Shown here piece after piece: positions 28,399-41,829 of a stretch of DNA of 64,000 nt (its first letter is position 1; every line of letters begins with the position of its first letter). The DNA lies in NCBI RefSeq assembly GCF_018350175.1, contig NC_058368.1, positions 86,864,001 to 86,928,000 of the forward strand, written 5' to 3'. This stretch comes from Felis catus. Its lineage: Eukaryota. The notes under the pieces were generated by a model that did not search any database, was not told where the DNA came from, and saw only the letters and a program-made list of their open reading frames with translations. The position numbers and the translations under genes were made by a program.

Positions 28399-29680
28399 CT
28401 ATTAAGTCTTCTTTAATGTTTGGTAGAAATTGCCTGTGAATTATTCTTGTCCTTAAATTAGTTGTGTTTTTTTGGAGGGGGGATTTTTTTTGTTACTGAT
28501 TAAGTTTCTTTGCTGATTATTGGTCTTTTCAGATTTTGTATTTCTGCCTGTTTAAATGTTAGTAGTTTATATGTTTCTAGGAATTTATCTTTTTCTTCTT
28601 CATTGTCTAGGTTGCTGGCATATAGTTTTTCATAATATTCTCTTATAATTGTTTGTATTTCTGTGGTGTTTTTTGTTACTTCCCCTGCTGTACTTGTGAT
28701 TTTATTTATTAGTGTCTTTTTTTTCTTGAGAACTCTGGTGAGATGTTTATCAATTTTATTAATTTTTTCAAAGAAACTGCTCTTGGTTTCATGGATCTGT
28801 TCTATAAGTTTTAGTTTCTATATCACTTATTTATGCTCTATTTTTTTTATTTTCCCTTCTTATGCGAGTTTTAAGTTTTCTTTTTTGCTTTTTTTCCTCC
28901 TTTATATAAGGTTTATTTCAAATTTTTCTTGCCTCTTGAGGTAAGCCAGTATTGCTATATTTGTTCCTCTTAGAACTGGTTTTGCTTTTCCCAAAGTTTT
29001 GGACCACTGTATTTTTATTTTCATTGTTTCTATATACTTTTTTATTTCTTTTTTTTTCCTGATTGACTCATCCATTTTTTAGTAGCATATTATACAACCT
29101 CAATGTACTTGTGGTCTCTCTGGATTTTTTCTGTGGTTCCCTTCTACTTTCATAGTGCTGTGGTTAGAAAATAATATATGGTATGATTTCAATCTTCTTG
29201 AATCTTTTGAGGCTGGTTTTGTGGCCTGATATGTGATTTATTTTGGAGACTATCCCATATGCACTTGAAAAGAAGGTGTATTGTACAGTTTTAGGATGGA
29301 ATCTTTTGAATAAATCTATTAAATCCACTGGGTCAGTGTGGATTCAAAGCCATTTTTTTCCTTGTATATTTTCTGTTTACATGATCTGCCATTGATGTAA
29401 CTGGGATGTTAATGTTTCCTACTGTAATTGCATTATTGTTGACTAGTTCCCTTATGTTTGTTATTAAAAGTTTTGTGTATTTGGGTGCTCCAATATTAGG
29501 TGCATAACTATGTATAATTGTTATATCATCTTGTTATATTGCCCCCTTTATTATTATATAGTCTCCTTCTTTATCTCTTGTTACAGTCTTTGCTTAGAGT
29601 CTGCTTTGTTGAAGTATTGTTCCTCTGGTTGTCTTCGAACATCATTTGCATTACAGATATTTCTCCATCTTCTCACTTTC

Positions 29681-29710
29681 CTTTTAATTTAATTTTTTTA
29701 AATGTTTATT

Positions 29711-29744
<34 letters not shown>

Positions 29745-29910
29745 TGCACATACATGAGCAGGGCAGGGGCAAAGGGGGAGAGAGAGAGAATCCTAAGCAG
29801 GCTCTTCACCACCAGTGCAGACACAAGTCTTGAACTCATAACTGCAAGACCATGACCTGAGCTGAAATCAAAAGTCAGATGCTTAACTGACTGATCCACC
29901 CAGGAGCCCC
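29681..29910 (-). mobile_element. CAN-SINE
   Basis: SINEC structure with (GA)n; TSD CCATCTTCTCACTT on both sides. Confidence 0.92.
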
Positions 29911-30015
29911 CATCTTCTCACTTCAATTTGAAGGTGTCTTTAGGTCTAAAATGAGTTTCCTACACAACAGATAGATGGGTCTTGTTTTTTATCTATCATG
30001 TCACCCTAAGTCTTT

Positions 30016-30105
30016 AATTTTTTTTAATGTTTATTTATTTTGAGAGAGGGAGAGAGAAAGAGAGCATGAGCAGGGGAGGGGCAGAAGGAGAGGGAGAGAG
30101 AGAGA

Positions 30106-30137
<32 letters not shown>

Positions 30138-30262
30138 ATCTCAAGCAGGTTCCAGGCTGCCAGCAAAAAGACCAATGAGGGGATCAAACACAAATTGTAA
30201 AATCATGACCTTAGCCAAAATCAAGAGGCAGTGCTTAACTGACTGAGCCACCCAGGTGCTTC
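30016..30262 (-). mobile_element. CAN-SINE
   Basis: SINEC structure with long (GA)n; TSD TGTCACCCTAAGTCTTT / TGTCACCATATGTCTTT. Confidence 0.92.
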
Positions 30263-32302
30263 TGTCACCATATGTCTTTTGATATAAAAATTTCATTCAT
30301 TTACAAAATAATTGTTGATATATATGTGTTTATTGTCATTTTATTATTTATTTTGTTGTTGTGTCTGTATATTGTCTCTACTTCTTTCCTGTCTTGTCTT
30401 TCTCTTTCATGATTTGCTTATTTCTTTAGTGACATATTTGGATTTCATTATCTTTACTTTCTACATTTTTATTAGTGGATTTTGATACATGGTTACTATT
30501 AGGTTTGTATGTAATCTATTCTGCATATTTCATTCTATACTAAGTGGATAGTGGTTTAAATTTGAACCCATCTTTACTCTTCTCACATTTCAGGTGTATG
30601 TTTTTGTATTTTACATTCTTTTATTTTGTGAGTTCCCTGACTGATTTTTTACAGAAATATTCATTTCTACTGCTTTTCCATTTCCTAACTTTATATTGTC
30701 ATTTTTGGTCTCAATTCTACTCAAAGAGTCCCCTTTAATTATTTTTTGAAAGACTTGTTTAATGGCTGTGGACTCCTTTAGTTTCTGTTTGTCTGGAAAA
30801 CTTTTTATCTCTCCTTTTCTGACTGATAGACTTGGTGGATAGACTATCATGGCTCCAAATTTTCCCATTCAGCACTTTGAATATATCATGCTACTCCCTT
30901 CTGGCTGGCCATTTTCATTGAATATTGTCCTTCAAGCCTTATGGGTTTTACCTTGGAAATTAGTGTCTTATTTTGTGTTGATACTTATTTTTTTCCTTAT
31001 CACTATCTTTTCCAATTTAATAAAAACATGTCTTGATCTGGATGAGCTTTTATTAATTTAATGGGAATTTTGTGTGCCTCCTGAATCTGGATTCTTGTTC
31101 CTTTCCCATATTCGTGATGTTTTCAGTTATATTTCTTCAAATAAATTTTCTGCCCTTTTCTCTTTTATTCTTCTGGTTCTCCTATATATTAATGTTGTTA
31201 CATTTTTTTAAATGAATGTTTTTATGTTTCATGGAGTCACTGAGTTTCTTAAGTCCGTTCTTATTTTGTGTAATATTTTTTTCTTACTTTTGTTCAGCTT
31301 GATTGTTTTTTGTTAGATTATTACTCTGTCTTCTAAGTCATTAATTTGTTCCTCTGCTTCTTCCAGCCTGCTGTTCATTATCAAGCATCTTTCTCATTTT
31401 GTTTATTGAGCCCTTTATCTCTGCCGTGTTATTCCTTACTTCTGTGTTAAGGGTCTTTTCTCAAGTCCAATGAGTATACTTATGATAATTGCTTTAAATA
31501 TCCCATCAGGCATGTTACTTATATCTGTTTCACTTAGGTTCTGGTCTCATGATGTTTTCCTATTCTTTCATTTATGATACATTTCTCTGTCTTCATTTTG
31601 CCTAAGTCTCTGTGTTTCTTTTCCTGTGTCACAAAAGGCAGCCATGTTTCCTATGTAATTGAGGGTAATAATTTTATGAAGAAGAGTCCTGTAGTGCTCT
31701 TCCATGTAGTGACCCCTCTTCACACATGTTCTGTTGCTTCTGGAAATGTCTCCAATGTGTTGCATATGCACTGCTGTTGTGTTCTGGCTGCTTTATCATT
31801 CAGGCCAGTCATCTGCAGAGACTCTCTTTTCCTATTTGGAGCAGTGTTTGGTCCCTGGCTTGAATGTTGTGAGTTGTAAGGAAGTGTGATCTGGTATGTT
31901 TATGGAATGAGATCTGTCATCACTGCTGCCAGATCCAAGTCACCAGAAAACTCAGGCATCAGGAGACTAGGTATGAGAAGAGATTTGGGCTGGACTTCTG
32001 GGAGATGGATACTGCCCCTAGGACTCAAACAAACATGACCTGGAGGTTTGATTCCACTGGAGTGTCAGGGAGGACTGGATTTGACGAAACCAGGTAAGGT
32101 AGGAGAGAACAAGTGTATGCACTGCTTTGGTTCCTGCAGATGACTCTGTGCATATGTTGAGGGGCAGGGGAGGGTAATGGTTCTGGCCAGTTCCATTGTT
32201 CCCAGGGGTTATTTCTATGAACACGGTCTCTCTGGAATATGTTCCAAGATGGGTGAATAACCTTCACATTCCATGTGCCAGTCGCTCTTAAGAACAGTGT
32301 TT

Positions 32303-35300
32303 TGGTGGTGTGTCAGAATATGGTGGTGTAGGAGGTTAATTGGGTCCACCTCGTCCTACTGGACACTTAGATTCCACCCACATCTGCCTAAATAACCCAG
32401 AAATCCACCAGAAGACTAGCAAAATGGACTCTCGAGAGCCAAGCTTAGACAAGAGGCCCACAGAAGAGGGTAGGAAGGGCGGAGAGGCAGAGTGTGCTAC
32501 ACGAACTGGCAGGAGGGAGCTGGGCCCTGGAGGGACAGCCCTCTGGGAAAGGCAGATTCCCCCAAGTCTGGCTTGCAAGTGGAGGAGATGGATTCTGTGA
32601 GTTCTGACAGCCAGCGAAACATAACATCTGGAATGTTAAAAGTCAACAGCTCTACTCTCGGAAAGTTGGGAAGGTGAGATGACACTGGGAGGGAGAGTTG
32701 TTGAGCCCCAGAAGGACAGAGCTCCACTGGGGAACAACAGTGCTGGGAAGCACCATCTCCCTTTCCCATCTGCCAGCTGAATTTCCAAAGGGCACTAGTT
32801 CCCATCACTGAACTTGCTTCCACTGTGCAAACGCCCAATGCCGTGCTTCTGTGGATCCATCCCTCCTACCAGACTGCCTCCCTCCAGGTGCTGCAGAGCC
32901 ACTCCCACAGGGGACCACCAACAACCAAGTGAGCTAAGGCTGCCCCTCCCATCACTGTGCACCTTGGGGACCCACCCTGGCTAATAAGCCCTTGGCCACA
33001 TCCCATCAAAACAGCACCACAAGCCGGGCAGTGTGCAAGCAGCCCAGACAGGGGACACACAACTCCATAGTGAGTCCTACCCTGAGAGATGTGAAGATAA
33101 GTTACACACCAGTTTGACTGTTGCCACAGCAGTGGGTTGGGGGAAGACACTGGGACTGACTGTGGCCCTGCCACCAACACATATTTCTCTGGAAAGCACA
33201 GGGAAAGTGTCCTGCAGTTTGGAGCTACCACAGAGATTGGCCAAAATGATGAAATGGAAGAATTCCCCCAAAAGAAACCGCAGGAAGTGGTCACAGGTAA
33301 TGAAGTAGTCAAACCAATTTAAGCAATATAAAAGAACAAGAATTTAGAATAATAGTCATAAAATTAATCATGGGGCTTGAAAAAAGCATAGAAGACAGCA
33401 GAGAATCTATTGCTACAGAGATCATGGGACTAAAAATTAGTCACAACGAACTAAAAAATTGCTATAAATGAAGTGCAATATAATCTATAAAGAGCTCACC
33501 AAACTCCACACCCGAAAAACAAATAACCCAGTGAAGAAATGGGCAGAAAACATGAATAGACACTTTTCTAAAGAAGACATCTGGATGGCCAACAGGCACA
33601 TGAAAAGATGTTCAGCGTCGCTCCTTATCAGGGAAATACAAATCAAAACCACACTCAGATATCACCTCACGCCAGTCAGAGTGGCCAAAATGAACAAATC
33701 AGGAGACTATAGATGCTGGAGAGGATGTGGAGAAACGGGAACCCTCTTGCACTGTTGGTGGGAATGCAAATTGGTGCAGCTGCTCTGGAAAGCAGTGTGG
33801 AGGTTCCTCAGAAAATTAAAAATAGACCTACCCTATGACCCAGCAATAGCACTGCTAGGAATTTATCCAAGGAATACAGGAGTACTGATGCATAGGGCCA
33901 CTTGTACCCCAATGTTCATAGCAGCACTCTCAACAATAGCCAAATTATGGAAAGAGCCTAAATGTCCATCAACTGATGAATGGATAAAGAAATTGTGGTT
34001 TATATACACAATGGAATATTACGTGGCAATGAGAAAAAATGAAATATGGCCTTTTGTAGCAACGTGGATGGAACTGGAGAGTGTGATGCTAAGTGAAATA
34101 AGCCATACAGAGAAAGACAGATACCATATGGTTTCACTCTTATGTGGATCCTGAGAAACTTAACAGGAACCCATGGGGGAGGGGAAGGAAAAAAAAAACA
34201 GGTTAGAGTGGGAGAGAGCCAAAGCATAAGAGACTGTTAAAAACTGAGAACAAACTGAGGGTTGATGGGGAGTGGGAGGGAGGAGAAGGTGGGTGATGGG
34301 TATTGAGGAGGGCACCTTTTGGGATGAGCACTGGGTGTGGTATGGAAACCAATTTGTCAATAAATTTCATATATAAAAAAAATAAAAAAATATATATGAA
34401 AAAAAAATTAAAAAAAATAAAATGGAGACGGCCATATCACGGAATAAAGAGGCAGAAGAAAGAATAGGTGAATTAGAAGATAAAATTATGGAAAAGAAGG
34501 AAGGTGAGAAAAAGAGAGATAAAAAAATTCAGGAGTATGAGGGGAGAAATAGACAACTAAGTGATGCAATCAAACAGAACAATATCCATATCATAGGAAT
34601 TACAGAAGAAGAGAGAGAGAAAGGGGCTGAAGGTATACTTGAACAAATCATACCTGAGAACTTTCCTGACCTGGACAAGGAAACAGGCACATAAATCCAA
34701 GAGGCACAGAGAGCTTGCTTCAGACATAATGTGAATCAACCTTCTGCACGACACATCATAGTGAAACTGGCAAAATACAAGGATAAAGAGAAAATTTTGA
34801 AAGCAGCTAGGGATAAACAGCCTCTAACTTACATAGGTAGACACCTAAGGGTAGTAGCAGACCTATCTACTGAAACTTGGTAGGCCACAAAGGAATGTCA
34901 GGAAATCTTCAAAGTGATGAACAGAAAAAATATGCAGCTGAGAAAACTTTATCCAGCAGGTCTGTCATTCAGACTACAAGGAGAGATAAAGGTTTTCCCA
35001 AACAAACAAAAACTGAAGGAATTCATCACCACTAAACACGCCCTACAAGGGATTCTAAGGGGGACTCTGTGAGTGAAATGTTGCAAGGACCACAAAGTAC
35101 CAGAGACATCACTACAAGCATGACACTTACAGACATCACAGTCACTCTGAACCTGTATCTTTCAATAATAACACTGAATGTAAATGAACTAAATGCTCCA
35201 ACCAAAAGACATAGGGTATCAGAATGGATTAAAAAAAAAAAAAAAAACAACAGAAGACCCATCTATTTGCTTTCTACAAGAGACTCATGTTAGACCTGAG

Positions 35301-38300
35301 GACACCTTCAGACTGAAAGTTAGGGGCTGGAGAACTATCTATCATGCTACTGGAAGTCAAAAGAAAGCTGGAGTAGCCATACTTACAGCAGACAAACTAG
35401 ACTTTAAATTAAAGGCTGTAACAAGAGATGAAGACGGGCATTATAGAATAATTACATGCTCTATCCATCAGGAAGAGTGAACAATTATAAATGTCTATGC
35501 ACCGAATACGGGAGCCCCCAAATACATAAAACAATCACAAACAAACCAACCTTATTGATAAGAATGTGGTAACTGCAGAGGACTTTAATACTCCACTTAC
35601 AATAATGGGTAGATCATCTAACACACAGTTAATAAAGAAACAAGGGCCCTGAGTGATACATTAGATCAGATGGACTTGACAGAACTCTGCATCCCAAAGC
35701 AACAGAATGTACTTTCTTCTCCAGTGCACATGAAACATTCTGCAAGATAGATCACAGACTGGGTCACAAAACAGCCCTTCATAAGTATACAAGAATTGAG
35801 ATCATACCATGCACACTTTGAGACCACAATGCTATGAAACTTGAAATAAAACACAGGAAAAAGTTTGGACAACCTCCAAAAACATGGAGGTTAAAGACTA
35901 CCCTACTGAAGAATGAATGGGTCAACCAGGCAATTAGAGAAGAAACTAAAAAATATATGGAAACAAATGAAAATGAAAATACAACAGTCCAAATGCTTTC
36001 AGATGCAGAGAAGGCAGTCCTGAGAGGAAAATACATTGCAATCCAGGCCTATCTCAAGAAACAAGAAAAATCCCAAATACAAAATTTAACAGCACACCTA
36101 AAAGAAATAGAAGCAGAACAGCAAAGACACGCCAAACCCAACAGAAGAGATATAATAAAGATCAGAGCATAAATAAACAATATAGAATCTGAAAAACTGT
36201 AGAGCAGATCAATGAAACCAAAGTTTTTTTTTTTTTGAAAAAATAAACAAAATGGATAAACCTCTAGCTAGGGTTCTCAAAAAGAAAAGGGAGAGGACCC
36301 AAATAGATAAAATCATGAATGAAAATGGAATTATTACAACCAATCCTTCAGAAATACAAACAATTATCGGGCAGTACTATGAAAAATTATATGCCAACAA
36401 ACTGGACAACCTGGAAGAAATGGGACAAATTCCTAAGCACCATACACTTCCGAAACTCAAACAGGAAGAAATAGAAAACTTGAACAGACCCATAACCAGA
36501 GATGAAGTTGAATCAGTAATCAAAAATCTCCCAGCAAATAAGAGTCCAGGACCAGATGGCTTCCCAGGGGAATTCTAGCAGATACTGAAAGCAGAGATAA
36601 TAGCTATGCTTCTCAAGCTGTTCCAAAAAATAGAAAGGGAAGGAAAACTTCCAGACTCATTCTATGATGCCAGCATTACTTTGATTCCCAAACCAGACAG
36701 AGACCCAGCAAAAAAAGAGAACTACAGGCCAATATCCCTGATGAATATGCATGCAAAAATTCTCAATAAGATACTAACAAATCAAATTCAACAGCATATA
36801 TAAAGAATTATTCACCATGATCAAGTGGGATTCATTCCTGGGCTGCAGTGCTGGTTCAACATTCACAAATCAATCAATGTGATACATCACATTCACATAA
36901 ATAAAAGAAAAGAGAAGAACCATATGATCCTGTCAATCGATGCAGAAAAAAAAAAAAAAAACTTTTGACAAAATTCAGCATGCTTTCTTAATAAAAACGC
37001 TCGAGAAAGTCAGGATAGAAGGAACATACTTAAGCATCATAAAAGCCATTTATGAAAATCCCACAGCTAATATCATCCTCATTGGGTAAAAACTAAGAGC
37101 TTTCCCCCTGATATCGGGAACGCGACTGGGATGCCCACTCTCACCATTGTTTAACATAGTGTTGGAAGTTCTAGCAATAGCAATCAGACAACAAAAGGAA
37201 ATCAAAGGCATCAAAATTGGCAAAGATGAAGTCAAGCTTTCACTTTTTGCAAATGACATGATACTGTACATGGAAAACCCGAGAGACTCCACCAAAAGTC
37301 TTCTAGAACTGGTACATGAATTCAGCAAAGTCGCAGGATACAAAATCAATGTACAGAAATCAGTTGCATTCTTATACACTAATAATAAAGCAACAGAAAG
37401 ACAAATAAGGAAACTGATCCCATTCATAATGGCACCAAAAATCATACAATACCTAGAAATAAACCCTAACCAAAGATGTTAAAAGATCTGTATGCTTAAA
37501 ACTATAGAAAGCTTATGAAGGAAATTGAAGAAGATACAAAGAAATGGAAAAAACGTTCCATGCTCATAGATTGGAAGAATAAATATTGTTAACATGTTAA
37601 TGCTACTCGAAGTGATCTACACATTCAATGAAATCCCAACCAAAATTGCACAAGCATTCTTCTCAAAGCTAGAGCAAGCAATCCTAAAATTTGTATGGAA
37701 CCACAAGAGACCCCGAATAGCCAAAGTAACACTGAAGAAGAAGACCAAAGCGGGAGACATCACAATCCCAGACATTAGCCTCTACTACAAAGCTGTAATC
37801 ATCAAGACATCATGGTATTGGCACAAAGACAGATACATAGGCCAATGGAATAGAATAGAGACTCTAGAATTGGACTCAGAAAAGGATGGCCAACTAATCT
37901 TTGACAAAGCAGGAAAGAATATTCAATGGAAAAAAGACAGTCTGCTTAACAAATAGTGCTGGGAGAACCGGACAGCAACATGCAGAAGGATGAAACTAGA
38001 CCACTTTCTTACACCATTCACAAAAATAAACTCAAAATGGATGAAGGCCCCTTAATGTGAGACACGAAACCATCAAAACCTTAGAGGAGAAAGCAGAAAA
38101 ATACCTCTGCGTTCTCAGCCGCAGCAATTTCTTACTTGACACATCCTCAAAGGCAAGGGAATTAAAAGCAAAAATGAACTATTGACACCTCATGAAGATA
38201 AAAATCTGTACTGCAAAGGAAACAATTCAAAAAAACTAAAAGGCAAGCGATGGGATGAGAAAAGATATTTGCAAATGACATATTGGATAAAGGGCTAGTA

Positions 38301-39204
38301 TCCAAATCTATAAAGAATTTACCAAATTACACACCCGAGAAACAAATAATCCAGTGAAGAAATGGGCAGAAAACATGAATAGACACTTCTCTAAAGAAGA
38401 CAACCAGATGGCTAACAGGCACATGAAAAGATGCTCAACGTCACTCCTCATCAGGGAAATACCAATCAAAACCACACTGAGATTCTACCCCATGCCAGTC
38501 AGAGTGGCTAAAATGATGAAATCAGGAGACTATAGATGCTGGCGAGGATGTGGAGAAATGGGAACCCTCTTGCACTGTTGGTGGGAATGCAAACTGGTGC
38601 AGCCACTCTGGAAAGCAGTGTGGAGATTGCTCTAAAAATTAAAAATATATCTACACTAGAACCCAGCAACTAGGAATTTACCACTGCTAGGAATTTACCC
38701 AAAGGTTACAGGAGTGCTAATGCATAGGGGCACTTGTACCCCAATGTTTATAGCAACACTCTCAACAATAGCCAAATTATGGAAAGAGCCTAAATGTCCA
38801 TCAATTGATGAGTGGATAAAGAAATTGTGGTTTATATACACAATGGAATACTAGTTGGCAATGAGAAAGAATGAAATATGGCCTTTTACAGCAACATGGA
38901 TGGAACTGGAGAGTGTTATGCTAAGTGAAATAAGTCATACAGAGAAAGACTGTTACCATATGTTTTCACTCTTATGTGGATCCTGAGAAACTTAACAGAA
39001 GACCATGGGGGAGGGGAAGGAAAAAAAAAGTTAGAGATGGAGGGAGGCAAGCTATAAGAGACTCTTAAATGCTGAGATAAAAGTGTGGGTTGGGGGGGTG
39101 GGAGGGAGGAGAGAATGGGTGATGGTCATTGAGGAGGGCACCTGTTGGGATGAGCACTGGGTGTTGTATGGAAACCAATTTGACAGTAAATTTCATATAT
39201 AAAA
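32303..39204 (+). mobile_element. full-length LINE-1 (decayed), same subfamily as the 1-2915 element, containing a nested L1
   Basis: 5' UTR, ORF1 (ATG about 33246), ORF2 fragments through the stop near 38986, 3' UTR and short A tail. TSD AAGAACAGTGTTT (32290-32302) / AAGAACACTATTT (39205-39217) at a TT|AAGA site. Confidence 0.93.
33478..34420 (+). mobile_element. young 5'-truncated L1 nested in ORF1 of the full-length L1
   Basis: Uninterrupted ORF2 C-terminal frame (33468-34154, [19 protein letters not shown]), retained CpGs, complete 3' UTR and long A tail; host ORF1 resumes at 34422 (METAISRNKEAEERI). Confidence 0.93.
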
Positions 39205-39676
39205 AAGAACACTATTTCCATGCTCTATGTCCATGGGGTGTTTACCTGTATTGTCTCCAAAAGCAATACAATGCCTTCTGGTCTCTATCCCAGCCAAGCC
39301 AGCTGACTTCTAAAACTCCAAGTTTTAATCCCTGCTGGCTGTAGGAATTCATGAAATTAAACCCCTCTTGCTTCCCAAGCCAGTTGCCATTGGGATTCAT
39401 TTTCTCCATTAGCTCTTGTATGTGCTAGTCTGTCCTTGGCCTCCTCTGTGACTACAGTCCTTCTCCATTTCAGCAGCCACAATTCATTTTTCTCCCAAGC
39501 AGCATCGCTGAACTTTCTACCTTTGTAGATGTAGCCTTTCTTTACCTTTAGTTGTGGTATTGTTATGCTAGTCTTCCTATCAATTTCTGGAGTATTTAGG
39601 AGTATTTGGTAGTTATCTAGTTGTATTCATGGTATAAGACTAGCCCTGGGTCCCCCTATTCCACTACCATATTCCA
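39205..39676 (-). mobile_element. 5' end of the older L1 split by the 32303-39204 insertion
   Basis: Minus strand begins GGAATATGGTAGTGGAATAGGGGGACCC...ATACAACTAGATAACTACCAAA, homologous to the 5' UTR at 21267. Confidence 0.8.
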
Positions 39677-39857
39677 AACCCCCAGTGTTTATTGTAGTCT
39701 ATTTTGTCTGATACAAATATTACTAACTGGATTTTTTTTTTCAGGGTCTTTTTTAATTCCTTCACTTTCAGTCTGTATGTGTCTTTAGATCTGAGGTAAG
39801 TCTCTTGCAGACAGCATATAGATGGATCTTGTGTTTTATCCGTTTTGCCACTCTGTA

Positions 39858-40075
39858 TTTTTTTTTTATTTTTTAACGTTTATTTATTATTGAGAGACAG
39901 AAAGAGAGCATGAGCAGGGGAGGGGCAGAGAGAGGAGGAGACACAGAATCTGAAGCAGGCTCCAGGCTCTGAGCTGTCAGCACAGAGCCTGACACAGGGC
40001 TCAAACTCACAAACTATGAGATCATGACCTGAGCCAAAGTCAGATGCTCAATGGACTGAGCCACCCAGGCGCCCC
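39858..40075 (-). mobile_element. CAN-SINE (feliform type)
   Basis: GGGGCGCCTGGGTGGCTCAGTCC head on the minus strand, with body and A-rich tail. Confidence 0.93.
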
Positions 40076-40343
40076 AATGTTTTGTTTGTTTGTTTGTTTG
40101 TTTAATGGAGCATTTAAGCCATTTACATTTAAAGTAATTATTGATAGGTATGTTTGTTTTCTGGTTGTTTTGTAGTTCTCAGATACTTTCTTCTTCTCCT
40201 CTTGCTCTTTTTCTTCATGACTGATGAATGTCTGTAGTAATGTGTTAGCTTGTGTAGTCATGTGTTAGTTATTTGTACTTATATGTTCATTATTTGTTAG
40301 AGTTCTGTAGTTATGTGTTAGTTACATGTAGTTGTGAGTTAGT

Positions 40344-40478
40344 TTCTCTCTCTCTTTTTTAAAAAGTTTATTTATTTATCCAGTGCAGAGCCTGACTCAG
40401 GGCTTGAATCCACAAGCCATGAGATCGCGACCTGAGTGGAAGTTGAAAACTTAACCAACTGACCTATACAAATGCCCT
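40344..40478 (-). mobile_element. CAN-SINE, internally deleted
   Basis: SINE head and tail on the minus strand with the central part missing. Confidence 0.7.
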
Positions 40479-41829
40479 TAGTCTCTCTTTATTTTTGATA
40501 TATGTATTATAGTTTGGGATTTGTGGTTACCATAAGTTCCACATATTACATCCTAAGTATATAATGGTCTATATTATGTTGATGGTCATTTGAGCTCAGA
40601 CACATATTTAAAAAGTTTTTGTTTTTGTTTTTTTCCTACCCCCTTCTCCATGTTTTATGTACATAATGTCAAATTTTATGGGTTTTTTTATTTATAATTT
40701 TCTTGCATATAATTATGACCAACTTTTCCACTTAAAATATTCCCTTTAGCATTTTTTGCAAGACTGATTTGATGGTGGTGAACTTCTTTATCTTTTGTTT
40801 GTCTGGAAGACTATCTCTTCTTCAACTCTGAATGATAACCATGCTATGTTGAATATTCTTGGTTGTACTTTTTCTTTTTCTTTTTTCCCATACTTTGAAT
40901 ATATAATGACACTGTTGCCAGGCTTACAAAGTTTTTGCTAAAACATCAGCTGTTGGGTTGTCCTTGTATATAACTTAATGCTTTCTTGTTGCTTTTAATA
41001 CTGATTCTTTATCTTTAATCATTCACATTTTCCTTATTATTTGTCATGGTGTGCACCTGCTTGGGTTCATTTTGTTTGGAACTTTATTGTGTAGATGCCC
41101 ATTTGCTTCTCTAGCTTAGGGAAATTTTCAGTTATTATTTTATTCAAATAACTTTTCTGCCCCTTTCTCTCTATTTTTCTTCTGGGACCCTTATAATGCC
41201 AAATGTTTCCTTGATGTTGTCCAAGAATTACATTAACCTATTCTCATTTTTTAAAGTTCTTTTCTCTGCTCCTCAGCTTGGGTGTTTTGTTTTATCTCTT
41301 TTCCAGATTACTGACACATTCTTTTGCATCTGCAAATCTACTGTTAATTCCCTTTAGTGATTTTTTTAAAAATCTCATTGTTGCCTTATTCAACAATGAC
41401 AGGTTCTTTTTAATATTTTCTATATCTCTAAGGAAGATCTCTCTGAGTTCTTCCACTTTAATCTCTAGCCCAATGTGCTTCTGTAGAGTCATTACTTCAA
41501 ACAGTTTATCAGATATATTGCTTATCTTTATTTTATTTATTTATTTATTGAGGTTTTCTCTTATTATTTCTTTTGGAGCATATTCCCTTGCCTCCCTAGT
41601 TTGACTAAATTCATATGTTTGTATCTATGGATAAAGCAGAACAGCTACTTGTCCTAAACTTGGAAAAATGGTCTTGTATAATATTATTCCCTATATAGAA
41701 TGCTGTGTTTGGTGACTTGTGCTGGCTGGCTGGATCTGTGGCTGGCATGGGTGGGCTGGGGTCTAGGGTTCTTCACATAGCGGACACCAAAGTGTACACA
41801 GCTCAGTGGGGTTTCTGGGCTCTCCATGT

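Larger units (their letters stand above)
28400..32302 (-). mobile_element. older L1 (part of ORF2, ORF1, part of 5' UTR); its 5' end continues at 39205-39676
   Basis: Diverged antisense ORF2 endonuclease region, ORF1 (EIKSFPDKQKLKE), ORF1 start near 31596. Confidence 0.85.

Noticed and set aside
27511..28416. Several 100-176 aa overlapping ORFs
   Set aside because: They fall in a GC-rich L1 5' UTR where stop codons are rare; no protein-like signal.
32303..39204. Retrotransposition-competent L1
   Set aside because: Both ORFs contain many stops and frameshifts, and ORF1 is interrupted by a nested insertion.
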